A stretch of 64,000 nucleotides of DNA from a virus (taxonomy: Duplodnaviria > Caudoviricetes). The translations under genes were made by a program, and so were the position numbers. The stretch is from IMG/VR virus record IMGVR_UViG_3300031992_000042, positions 32,001 to 96,000 of that record. The stretch is one strand, 5' to 3'. Positions 40,197 to 49,435 of this stretch are shown here, piece after piece. The first letter of the stretch is position 1, and every line of letters begins with the position of its first letter. The notes beneath the pieces are model-generated. The model saw nothing but the letters and a program-made list of their open reading frames with translations, did no database searches and was not told the DNA's origin.

Positions 40197-42759
40197 AAAA
40201 TATGTATCCTAAACATTATACAATGATGCGGGAAATATGCGCAGGTAGAGCTTGCGGCGCAGATTGTCCTTTATCCGCAGAATGTCCTTACGATTTCGAC
40301 CTTAAAACAATAGAAAATGCATATACAACGCTGTTCGGTAAGATGTTAAGTGTACAAGAAGACGATATTATGTCTTTACTAGGAGAATAAAATGCGAAAA
40401 GATTTTTTTGACAAGGAAACGCTAACAGGAGCAACTGCAAGAGTATTGTGCAACGATACGACTTGCAACGATTGTAAAGAGTTCTTCGGTATAGTGGACG
40501 GGTCTTGCCCAGCCGATCTTGCAACAAAAGAACAGACTATCGCTTTTATGCGGGATCTGTATGTTGCTCTTAAAGATAAATTTGAAGACCATCCTGACTG
40601 GACCGATATATCCTTCGAAGAGATCGTAGATATATTAACAAAGTAAAAGCTCCGGTCGCGGCACCGGAGCTCAGGAGAGATGCGATCCTTAGATCGTGTA
40701 TATTATACAAGATGTTGTGTTAAAAGTAAATACTTTATACTAGGAGAAGTAAAATGTATCAAGTAGGAGACCTTGTACGAATTAAAGATAATTTTTGGTT
40801 ATGTCAGGCTACTGTACGAATGGGCTATAACAAATATATGGAAGATATGCAGGGTGAAGTCTATAAAATAAAAACAACTCCGATTAACGGTTGTAAAACA
40901 CATTATAGACTTGACGTCAAGAAAGCAGATTCGATATGGGAATTTGAACATGACTGGGTTTGGGATGAAGCATGGCTTGAACCAGTGACTGAAACGACTG
41001 AAATTAAAGATGTATATACAGAAGAACTGGACTTATTGTTTATGGGAGACTGAAAGGGAAATGAGGTAAAGTGAATGAAGGCGATAATAAAACTCGACGT
41101 TCCAGACTGGCAAATCGGTCAGCCTGTATCCGTATACTTCCCGGATACGATGCTGAAGAAAGGCATCTGCGAAGCTGCGCCGAATACATCTCCAAAGAAA
41201 AAGTACGGCACATGGGTATGCGGCAACTGTGGTTTTGAAGTGCATCGCAACTGGATGCATTGTCATCGGTGCGGGCAGAAACTTAATTTTCCAAAGGAAG
41301 AATAAAATGAAATTAAAAGACTATCTTGTATATTTCTGGTTTGATGTAGTTCTTAAACGTGGTTATCCTTGCGGTAGAACCAAGAAAGATAAACATCTAT
41401 GTTGTAAAAGACCTATCAACAGTAAAACTTGTTTTATGTCTGAAGATGAAACAGCAGCTTATTGTTTGTATTGCGGTCATGTTCGTGTAGACGGTAATGT
41501 AAAAATAGATCTTAACAACTTATGGGGTGACTGAAAATGAAATACGAAAGAGGAGAACAGGTTCAAATAAAAGATAATTTTGCAACATTAAGGTTTGTCA
41601 ACGATCCCCAGATTGACCCAAAGATGTTGTCATACGCAGGTAAAATATTTGTAATATCAAAATGGTATAACGAAACTTATAAATGGTACAAGCTTGAAAA
41701 TAATCAGTTTGTCTGGGATGAACGTTGGCTAGATCCTGTCGAAGACAATATAACAATGACTGAAAATGATATTTTGGATATGTTTAAGGAATAAATACGA
41801 TGGTTAAGAAAATTGAATATATAGAAACGCCTTTTGCAGGCAGAGATAGTTCTAAAATTGGAAAGTTTACTCAAGATATAAGAAATATTATCGAAAATAA
41901 AATTGAATACGCAGAACTAATAGATATGCCTTACGCAGATTCTACCGCAAACGAAGATCTCGGTTATAAAGCAAGAAGAATTTGCAGGGACTATTTCTGG
42001 GAAAAATATTATTGCGGTCCAGAAGCGACTGATTTTTTTAAATTTGCTAAACGTACAAAGGAGGACGGTGTTCATTGGTATGTGCAGTTTAATGTAACTG
42101 GTTTTGAGAAGATGGTGAATAAATGCTTGAAGAGTTCTTGAATCATAAACTCTTAATTCGCATTGCAGGCGCAACAATAGACGATTTAAAAGAACTTGAT
42201 AAAATAATAGGACTTCCTTATTTGTCAGGCGATAGATTATACGAAAAATATACAGATACAAGTGTTGAAAGATATTTGCATCATCGCGTAAACAAAGGTG
42301 GTTTGTCTTTTTCTGATAAGCCTGTCGATGTTTATGATGGAAACAAACCTATTCCATTTATAAACTATTATGAATTGTTTGAAAAAAACATGGAAATATC
42401 CTCTGAAGAAATAGAAAGTTTGTTTAGGTAAAAATATGCTTGAAGAATTTTTAGATCATAAACTACTGATCAATATAAAAGGTGCGTCAGTAGAAGAGCT
42501 TAGAAAACTTGATGAGCTTATCGGTGTCAAATTTCTATCTAATAGAACAATAGAAGATATTCCGTCTAAAGATGACAGATATTTACACTGCAGAACATCT
42601 CAAGAATTTGATAGAAAATATATTTCGTTTTCGATGGACCCGATTGATGCTTTTGAAGAGCGTAAGCCTATGCCGTATGTTTATTATTATGAAATACTCT
42701 GTCTGGCTAATAATTTTGAATTAAAAGAAGATGATCTGATGAATTTATTAAAGGAGTGA
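40172..42759 (+). CDS. Run of small hypothetical ORFs (40172, 40392, 40754, 41075, 41306, 41537, 41800, 42123, 42436), including Cys-rich, Zn-ribbon and SH3/KOW-like paralogs
   Basis: Tightly packed ORFs with RBSs; 42123 and 42436 are clear paralogs (MLEEFL.HKLLI.I.GA). Confidence 0.6.
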
Positions 42760-43217
42760 TTGCTGTGCTTAAATTTGAAAAGGGCGACATTGTCACCGGA
42801 AACTATCCCATTTTCTGCCAGCAGGTCAACTGTAAGGGTGTAATGGGAGCAGGTTTAGCCAAACAAATTAAGACTAAATATTCTGAAGTATACAATCAGT
42901 ATAAAATGTATTGCGATGTAGCTTCACTTGGTAAATGCGATTATGTGCCAACAAAAGACAGACGCATCTGTATTAACATGTTCGCTCAGGATGGATATGG
43001 TCGCGATAAAAGATACACAGACTACGATGCTTTTAAAGAATGTCTTGAACATATTTCATTCTTTATGAAATTTCGTTCGAAGAATAAACCAAGTATTGCA
43101 TTCCCCTACGGTATTGGATGCGGATTAGCAGGCGGAGACTGGTATATCATTCTCGGTATGTTGAAAGACTTTGCAGAAAAGATTCCGCAGGATGTTATTA
43201 TCGTCGAAAAGGAGTAA
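42756..43217 (+). CDS. Macro domain protein (TARG1/DarG-like ADP-ribose hydrolase)
   Basis: KGDI...QQVNCKGVMGAGLAKQI...IAFPYGIGCGLAGGDW. Confidence 0.9.
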   Translation: MIAVLKFEKGDIVTGNYPIFCQQVNCKGVMGAGLAKQIKTKYSEVYNQYKMYCDVASLGKCDYVPTKDRRICINMFAQDGYGRDKRYTDYDAFKECLEHISFFMKFRSKNKPSIAFPYGIGCGLAGGDWYIILGMLKDFAEKIPQDVIIVEKE

Positions 43218-43402
43218 GCCTATGGAATTATCTAAGAATGACAACAGAAATCTAAAAGCATTTGGTCTGCATGAGCATACTTGTTATGTGTGCGGCAAAG
43301 AATTTGAATGTAGAGTTGATTATGTATATAAAAAATATACTACAAGGTCTAAAGGAACAGAATATTATTGTTCTTATACATGTATGAGGAAGGCAGAAAA
43401 AA

Positions 43403-43657
43403 ATGATATTTAAAGAAGGAAACCATGTTCGAGTTAAAGAAGGTTTTCAAGAAATAAGATATAAAGGCGACCCGGGTGTTGTTTCAGAAATGCTGCCTTG
43501 TATAGGACAAGAATTTACTATAAAACAGATGCTTTCAGCAAAAAGTTGTTTGCTTGAAAACAATTATTGGACTTGGTCTACCGAATGGTTAGAACTTATA
43601 GAAGACCAATGTAAAGAAATACAAGTAAACGAATTAGAAATAATGAATATGTTTTAA
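43403..43657 (+). CDS. SH3/KOW-like small protein (paralog family)
   Basis: FK.G..VRVK...W.W..EWLE pattern shared with 40754, 41537 and 45159. Confidence 0.6.
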   Translation: MIFKEGNHVRVKEGFQEIRYKGDPGVVSEMLPCIGQEFTIKQMLSAKSCLLENNYWTWSTEWLELIEDQCKEIQVNELEIMNMF

Positions 43658-43666
43658 GGAGTTTAT

Positions 43667-44452
43667 ATGGAGTTTCGAGATAAGTATGCGTTTTTAAGTA
43701 ATATGTATTCCTGTCCTATTCATTATAAAGGAGAAACTTTTCCTTGTATAGAAACTGCTTTTCAATGGGAAAAATGTGCAGATGTCAACGAACAAGAGAA
43801 GTTCATAAATAATAAAGGCTATTTTGTAAACGGATTTGTTGCACGTAAACTTGGTCGGCAGGTAAAACTAAGAGACGACTGGAAGTATGCACGACTGACT
43901 GTTATGTATGACCTTCTTGAAGAGAAATTTTGTCGCAATGAAAAACTTCGACAAGCACTAAAAGATACAGGAAATATTTGGATTCAGGAAGACAATGACT
44001 GGGGCGATACATTCTGGGGTGTTTGCAATGGCGTAGGAGAAAATATGCTAGGCAAAATGATAATGGAAATACGTCAGAATATTCAAGACTGCGATAGAGA
44101 CGTCAAGAAAGTTATTGTCGCAGGAAGTAGAAATTTTAAAGATTATAAATTGCTCTGTAAACGACTGGATTATTATTTTTCTAATATTCAACCGATTATT
44201 ATTTGCGGTGAAGCTCGAGGCGCAGATACCTTAGGCAGAAAATACGCAGAAGAACATAATTACTTAATTGAATCTTATCCTGCTGATTGGTCAAAAGGCA
44301 GAGATGCAGGATATATAAGAAATAAAAGAATGGCAGAAGTTGCAGATTGTGCAATATGCTTTTGGAATGGAAAATCTAAAGGGACAGAACACATGATCGA
44401 TACAATGAAGAAACTGAATAAACCTGTAAAGGTGGTGAAATTTGTTGATTAA
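43667..44452 (+). CDS. NADAR (YbiA-like) domain fused to a SLOG (YspA/DUF2493-like) domain
   Basis: FLSNMY...E..FQ..K...R.DW...KF...D.FWG...G.N.LG; then VIVAGSR...GEARGAD..G...RN..M...FWNGKSKGT.HM. Confidence 0.85.
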   Translation: MEFRDKYAFLSNMYSCPIHYKGETFPCIETAFQWEKCADVNEQEKFINNKGYFVNGFVARKLGRQVKLRDDWKYARLTVMYDLLEEKFCRNEKLRQALKDTGNIWIQEDNDWGDTFWGVCNGVGENMLGKMIMEIRQNIQDCDRDVKKVIVAGSRNFKDYKLLCKRLDYYFSNIQPIIICGEARGADTLGRKYAEEHNYLIESYPADWSKGRDAGYIRNKRMAEVADCAICFWNGKSKGTEHMIDTMKKLNKPVKVVKFVD

Positions 44453-44693
44453 TGTTTGTGCGCATTATTGTGGCACAACAATTTTAATAGACTCTTTCAA
44501 AACAGAAGAAGAAGCAAAAGAGTTTATGAAACATGATTATATTTTATATTATGCAGACGAGCTTGAAAACGCAGAAGAAGATGAAATAATTTACTCGAAT
44601 GAAATGTTTATCGAAGATGAACTGCCTTTCTTTGAAACACAAACGCCGCAAATTAAATTTGAAGATGTAAATTTAGATGAGCTGCCATTTTGA
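44442..44693 (+). CDS. Acidic hypothetical protein with a DELPF tip
   Basis: ORF; DELPF occurs twice. Confidence 0.55.
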   Translation: MLINVCAHYCGTTILIDSFKTEEEAKEFMKHDYILYYADELENAEEDEIIYSNEMFIEDELPFFETQTPQIKFEDVNLDELPF

Positions 44694-44793
44694 CGTTCGC
44701 CAGCCGCAAGCGGCTGGCATTATACTTTGAATTTATTTTCTCTTTCTTTCTTGACTTAACCTAGTTACAGAAATACAGGATGGACTTACAATA

Positions 44794-45183
44794 ATGAAAT
44801 ATATAGAAAGCTTTATGCTTGGGAAAATAGGCATAGATATTATTAATTCAGATGCGGCTGACATCAAACAAATATCAAACTATATCGAAAGTCATTACAT
44901 AAACTTTATAGAAACACCTCTTACATTTTTTGACGGACCCATAATTAATACATTGTATGACTATTATATCTATCTTTTGAATGAAGACACAAAAAATCCG
45001 TGGCAAGTATTAGTCTATGAAAAAGATTTAAGAACTTTTAATGGGTATCGTGGGACGTCAGCCGAACAATATAGAGATGAATATACAGTAATGACCGCCG
45101 AAGAAATACTGGAAAAGAAAGTAAAAGAGATAACAGAAAATGATATAGAAGGTTTGTTATGTTTAAAGTTGGAGACAAAGTAA
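44794..45183 (+). CDS. Hypothetical protein
   Basis: ORF. Confidence 0.55.
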   Translation: MKYIESFMLGKIGIDIINSDAADIKQISNYIESHYINFIETPLTFFDGPIINTLYDYYIYLLNEDTKNPWQVLVYEKDLRTFNGYRGTSAEQYRDEYTVMTAEEILEKKVKEITENDIEGLLCLKLETK

Positions 45184-45413
45184 GAATAAGAGAAGATACG
45201 CATGATGTAGGAGGACTTTATTGGCTCTCTGAGATGGATAAGTTTCGTGGAATTGAGACATGTATTAAAAGCACAAATGGACGTTGGTATCATCTTGAAA
45301 AAGGTTCTTACGAAGGCAGTGATACATATGCGTATGATGAATCCTGGCTTGAATTAATTACAGAAGATAATTTTAGTATTGAAGAAAAAGAAATAGAAAA
45401 ATTTTTTACATAA
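45159..45413 (+). CDS. SH3/KOW-like small protein (paralog family)
   Basis: MFKVGDKVRIRE...DESWLE. Confidence 0.6.
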   Translation: MFKVGDKVRIREDTHDVGGLYWLSEMDKFRGIETCIKSTNGRWYHLEKGSYEGSDTYAYDESWLELITEDNFSIEEKEIEKFFT

Positions 45414-45425
45414 AGGAGATAAAAA

Positions 45426-46211
45426 ATGGCTAACACAAAGAAAATTAAAGTTGAAGTTGAAAACAACGAAGGTAAAACTGAAGTTATGGAGCTTCCTGAG
45501 CGAGCAACAGAGCGAATTGAGATTAAGAAAGTTCCTGTTGAAAAAGTTCGTGTAAAGATTGTTGGAGATACTCCGCTTCTTGTTCATGCATGGTCTGAAA
45601 AAGTTAAGAAACAGCTTTTGACTGATATGCAGATGTCAAAGCGTGAAAAGAAAGAAAAAGAACACGAGAAGAAAGATCCGTTTGCGGATTTTGTTGAAGC
45701 TGCATACTGGATTACTCCTATGCCCCAGGTTCGTGGACTTCCGTTTGAAGAACAGGTTAAATTGTTTGAAAAAGCAATCGAAGATGGAGCTAAATTTGGA
45801 TTTCCCACAATTGCGTTTAAGAAAGCTGCTATTACTGCTTGTTATAGCGCAGGATATATTAAGAGTACAGCTCTTATGCGCAGGCTGTTCCATGTTAACG
45901 CTGTGAATGGTGCGCATGTTGGCTCTTCTCAGGAACTGGCAATTATCGATATTGAAGAACCGCCGGAATTGTCTGAAGACGTTGTAAAAGTTGGTCCTTT
46001 CAATAATCGTGTACCTGATCTTCGTTATCGTCCTTCTTTCCGTAAATGGTCTGTTGAACTTGAACTGAGCCTTATCAAGACAGGTATGTTTACACTTGAA
46101 GATATTGTTAATGCCGTTGATATGGGCGGATTTATGAATGGCGTCGGTGAATGGCGCACAGAGAAAGACGGAGAATTTGGTAATTATCATGTTTACAGGG
46201 AGGGTGAGTAA
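45426..46211 (+). CDS. Stand-alone Cas7/RAMP-like RNA-binding protein, probable effector of the downstream pentamer array
   Basis: N-terminal strand VKIVGDTPLLVH; FP..AFKKA helix (compare IPGSSLKGA in RAMPs); thumb-like DLRYRP.F..W; C-terminal G-rich loop GGFMNGVGEWR.EKDGEFG; strong RBS and codon bias. Confidence 0.75.
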   Translation: MANTKKIKVEVENNEGKTEVMELPERATERIEIKKVPVEKVRVKIVGDTPLLVHAWSEKVKKQLLTDMQMSKREKKEKEHEKKDPFADFVEAAYWITPMPQVRGLPFEEQVKLFEKAIEDGAKFGFPTIAFKKAAITACYSAGYIKSTALMRRLFHVNAVNGAHVGSSQELAIIDIEEPPELSEDVVKVGPFNNRVPDLRYRPSFRKWSVELELSLIKTGMFTLEDIVNAVDMGGFMNGVGEWRTEKDGEFGNYHVYREGE

Positions 46212-46212
46212 T

Positions 46213-46497
46213 ATGAATATTAATGAAATAGTTGATTATCTGCTTAATATAAAATTTGAAGGTTTAATTGATGCTCCTTATATTGAAATTGGGAAAAATA
46301 ATAACAATCAATATACCGCAGAATTAAGTAATGTTTGGGTTCTGTCTGACGACGAAGAAAGCATGGCTGGCGAGTATGGAGTTGGATCAACAGTCGAAGA
46401 AGCATTATCAAACTATATTGCCATAATTAAAGGGAAAACGCTTATTATTCAAGATGAACTTGAAGAAGAAAAAGAATATACAGCATTTGTTAGTTGA
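46213..46497 (+). CDS. Acidic hypothetical protein within the RAMP/array locus
   Basis: GGAGGG RBS before MNINE. Confidence 0.55.
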   Translation: MNINEIVDYLLNIKFEGLIDAPYIEIGKNNNNQYTAELSNVWVLSDDEESMAGEYGVGSTVEEALSNYIAIIKGKTLIIQDELEEEKEYTAFVS

Positions 46498-46511
46498 CGA
46501 GGTGAATAAAT

Positions 46512-47006
46512 ATGGGTCAAGCGTTTGAATATAAGTATCGAGTAAGCGGCATTGTTAAAGCTCCTGCAGAAATAACTGGCAGAGTCTGCAAAAGCTTAAT
46601 CGATGAAGATGGTGCAGTAACGCCTGAAAGACTCGTTGAGGTTAGTAAGCCTAAAGATGCTCCGCTTCATAACGAATTTGAATGGAATAACACAATTGCA
46701 GCGCAGAAATATCGTGAAGAACAAGCACGTCAAATTATCAAGAATATTGTAATAATGGAAGTTTCAGAAGAAATTGGTGAGCCTAAACAAGTTAAATGTT
46801 GGGTTAACAGTGATCGTGCTTTTGTTCCTACTGATGAAAGACTACATCGGTATGTCACAATTGATACGGCTTTAAGCACAGAAGCATGGCGTAAGAATCT
46901 TCTTAAAGCTGCAAGAAGAGATATGACATCGTTTATTGCTAAATATAGACGACTGACTGAATTAAGTAAAATTATCGATGATATGAACGATTTCCTTGGA
47001 GCCTAA
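46512..47006 (+). CDS. Hypothetical protein, probable accessory gene of the RAMP/array locus
   Basis: G.VTPE.LV..S.P...PLH..FEW.N..AA..YR..QAR.II motif; lies directly upstream of the array. Confidence 0.65.
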   Translation: MGQAFEYKYRVSGIVKAPAEITGRVCKSLIDEDGAVTPERLVEVSKPKDAPLHNEFEWNNTIAAQKYREEQARQIIKNIVIMEVSEEIGEPKQVKCWVNSDRAFVPTDERLHRYVTIDTALSTEAWRKNLLKAARRDMTSFIAKYRRLTELSKIIDDMNDFLGA

Positions 47007-47062
47007 GAGCTAAGAGGCGCTGTAAGATCTCTCGAAGTGGATGAAAAGTCTGAACATGGTTA

Positions 47063-47750
47063 GGCAGCCTGGGTGGGGTCGGTATAGGCGCGTACAGGTG
47101 CGTTGGGTTATGTTAGGGCAGTCAAGGTTAGTTGCGGCTCGAACGGGTTAGTACGGGTGTGTTATGCCAAGGCAGTCATGGTGGCGCGAGATAGGTTACG
47201 TTGAGAACGGGTTTGTTTAGCAGTGGCAGTCGTGGAATGTAAAGGCACGTTAAGTTGTGTAGGGGATAGCATAGGCAGTCGTGGTACGCTTAGTTTCGTA
47301 TGGACTAGTTGTGCAATGGCAGTCACGGTGGGTTGAGTAATGTTACGGCAGGGACAGGCTTGGTTAGTTCTGGCAGTCTAGGTTAGTAATGTTGCGTAGT
47401 GGTTCGTTTAGTACGGGCGGCGTATGGCAGTCTAGGTGTGGACAGGAGGCGGTTTGTCTGTGTTGGTTCCGTTACGGCAGTCGAGGTTAGTTCCGTTATG
47501 TTACGTACAGGTGGGCTATGGCAGTCATGGTGAGCTGTGTTAGCGAGAGGCGTGGTCTGGTTGCGTCGAGGCAGTCAAGGTCAGGTAATGCCTGGTCGGT
47601 CGGGTTACGTTATGATTTGTTGGCGTAAGGGTCGGCAGTCGGGGTGTGTACCGGAGTGTTAACGTCCGACACGTTATGTTCGGGCTGTCTAGGCAAGATA
47701 AGGTATCGTATGCTGAGTTGGGTACTGCTATGTCTTGTAGTGGCTGTCTA
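47063..47750 (+). repeat. 13-unit array of GGC(A/T) plus 8-12 G-initiated pentamers; putative guide RNA array, not a CRISPR
   Basis: Unit starts at 47063, 47117, 47171, 47225, 47274, 47318, 47372, 47426, 47476, 47520, 47570, 47634 and 47683, terminal motif at 47742; lengths 54, 54, 54, 49, 44, 54, 54, 50, 44, 50, 64, 49, 59. Confidence 0.92.
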
Positions 47751-47763
47751 AGAAATTCGCGCT

Positions 47764-47795
47764 GGGGAGACGCGAAGAAATATCTCCCCATTCTT
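47764..47795 (+). terminator. Hairpin closing the array transcript
   Basis: GGGAGA / TCTCCC stem followed by ATTCTT. Confidence 0.5.
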
Positions 47796-48192
47796 GTGGG
47801 ATAATATAAAACGATTTTATACTACTATGTTTAGTTATAAAAACTATCTATAACTACGTTTGTTCTGCTAAATAAAAAAGCTTAAAACTCTAATAATTTC
47901 AACGCCAACCGCAAGCGGTTGGCACTATACCGTGAACTCCTGGTACTTACCATCGGGCACCAGCGATCTACATATAATTTATAGAATATTCTAAGAAATA
48001 ATGTTTGATAAAATGAAAAGAATATTTCTGTAATTAAAAAGCAATTTCTCTGTAAAAGATGAAGGTGTGTCAGAGAAATAGCAAGCAAAATTTGACATTT
48101 TCTGTGCGATAACACCTCCTCGCACATGACCGAAAAGAGAGACTGGTGTATTGATGGGGCATCAGCCTCTCTTCTTTTTAAAGGAGATTTAC

Positions 48193-48690
48193 ATGAGATA
48201 CCTTGTTGTTGAAGAAGATGAAATTTATGATGATATCGACGAAGCAATAAAGCAATGTATTGAAGATGATTGGCATCGAGACGATGATTATTTTGAAGAA
48301 TGGGTTAATGACCGATATAATCCTGTTGAAATAAACGGTGAATGGTATAACCCATATGATATCTTGGATAATATGGACCAAGGTAATCTTGATGATCTTC
48401 GGGATGAATACTGTGAAAGTGAAAATGAAAATGACGGAGATGATGCTCGATATGAAATTGAACATGGAAGAATTGGCGACTTAATTACTGTTCATAACCA
48501 TACAATTGAAATTCTTGACGATGAAGACCTCGAAGAAATTAGTGATTACGATGGGGACGAACATCTTGAAACGATTGAAGATGTCCGTGCTCGGTTAAAA
48601 CAAGAAAATGAATTTAAAGTCGAGCAAACTATACAGACAGAAAAAGAAGAAAAAGATCTTATGAATATGTTTCAGATAGTAGGTGAGTAA
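48193..48690 (+). CDS. Very acidic hypothetical protein (possible DNA mimic)
   Basis: AAGGAG RBS before MRYLVV; high D/E content. Confidence 0.6.
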   Translation: MRYLVVEEDEIYDDIDEAIKQCIEDDWHRDDDYFEEWVNDRYNPVEINGEWYNPYDILDNMDQGNLDDLRDEYCESENENDGDDARYEIEHGRIGDLITVHNHTIEILDDEDLEEISDYDGDEHLETIEDVRARLKQENEFKVEQTIQTEKEEKDLMNMFQIVGE

Positions 48691-49063
48691 TATGGGTTAC
48701 TATACAGATTATACACTTACGGTCCGCAAAATAAAAAACGAAGAAGAGTTTAATAAACTGAATGAATATCTAAAAGAAAAAGAGATTATTAATTATGCTA
48801 TCCAAGAAGGCGACTACGATCCGAACCATCAAGAAGCGGTTTTCTATCCTTATGACAGTGTCAAATGGTATGATCATTCAGAAGCAATGGTAGGGATTGC
48901 AGAAAAATTTCCTAAAATGTATTTCGAACTTGAAGGCGCAGGAGAAGTATCTGGGGACTTCTGGAAAGAATATTATCACGATATGGACATAGAATATTGT
49001 CGTGGTGAAGTTGTTTACGAACAGCCAAAGAAAGTAGCTTGGCAAGACTTGCTTGTGATATAA
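48683..49063 (+). CDS. Hypothetical phage protein (MGYYT.Y...KWY...GE..GD.W)
   Basis: ORF with RBS. Confidence 0.6.
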   Translation: MSNMGYYTDYTLTVRKIKNEEEFNKLNEYLKEKEIINYAIQEGDYDPNHQEAVFYPYDSVKWYDHSEAMVGIAEKFPKMYFELEGAGEVSGDFWKEYYHDMDIEYCRGEVVYEQPKKVAWQDLLVI

Positions 49064-49177
49064 TTAGTTCGGTACCGAAACTTGAGACCTTTCTAAGTTT
49101 GGTATAAAGGAGAAGGATATATAGTTAGGTACCGAACTTTGAAGCCTTTCTAAGTTATGCATAAGGGGAGAGAGCAC

Positions 49178-49263
49178 GTCCAGATGTCCGAGCTTGGTTT
49201 AAGGAGATAGTCCTGAAAACTATTGAGTGTAATGCTCCGCAGGTTCGAATCCTGCTCTGGACG
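49178..49263 (+). tRNA. tRNA-Ser(UGA)
   Basis: GTCCAGA/TCTGGAC acceptor, ATAGT-CCTGAAA-ACTAT anticodon arm, long variable arm, G discriminator; C at position 33 is atypical. Confidence 0.8.
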
Positions 49264-49272
49264 CTTTTATAT

Positions 49273-49314
49273 GCGGATATGATAGAATCGGCAGGTTCAA
49301 CTCCTGCGTCCGTA
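49273..49314 (+). ncRNA. tRNA minihelix-like remnant (acceptor stem and T arm only)
   Basis: GCGGAT...GCAGG-TTCAACT-CCTGC-GTCCGT-A. Confidence 0.45.
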
Positions 49315-49435
49315 CTTAAAGACCCGGACAATTGCATATTGAGTCTTTAGCCTTTACCAAGCTTTCTTTAGGTATGCGACTTTCGTCTGCTGTAGTTAAC
49401 AGCAGTCTATTTTTATATATAGGAGTGGTAAACCT

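Noticed and set aside
47063-47750. Canonical CRISPR array or simple microsatellite
   Set aside because: The constant part is only about 7 nt and the spacers have an internal 5-nt period with length steps of 5; the pentamers are too diverse for a slippage-generated satellite; no cas1/cas2 is present
47540-47791. 83-aa minus-strand ORF over the array
   Set aside because: Low-complexity shadow of the repeat, with no convincing RBS, opposite to local transcription
49178-49263. Selenocysteine or suppressor tRNA
   Set aside because: The anticodon is TGA (reads UCA, Ser), not TCA; the acceptor stem is a normal 7 bp
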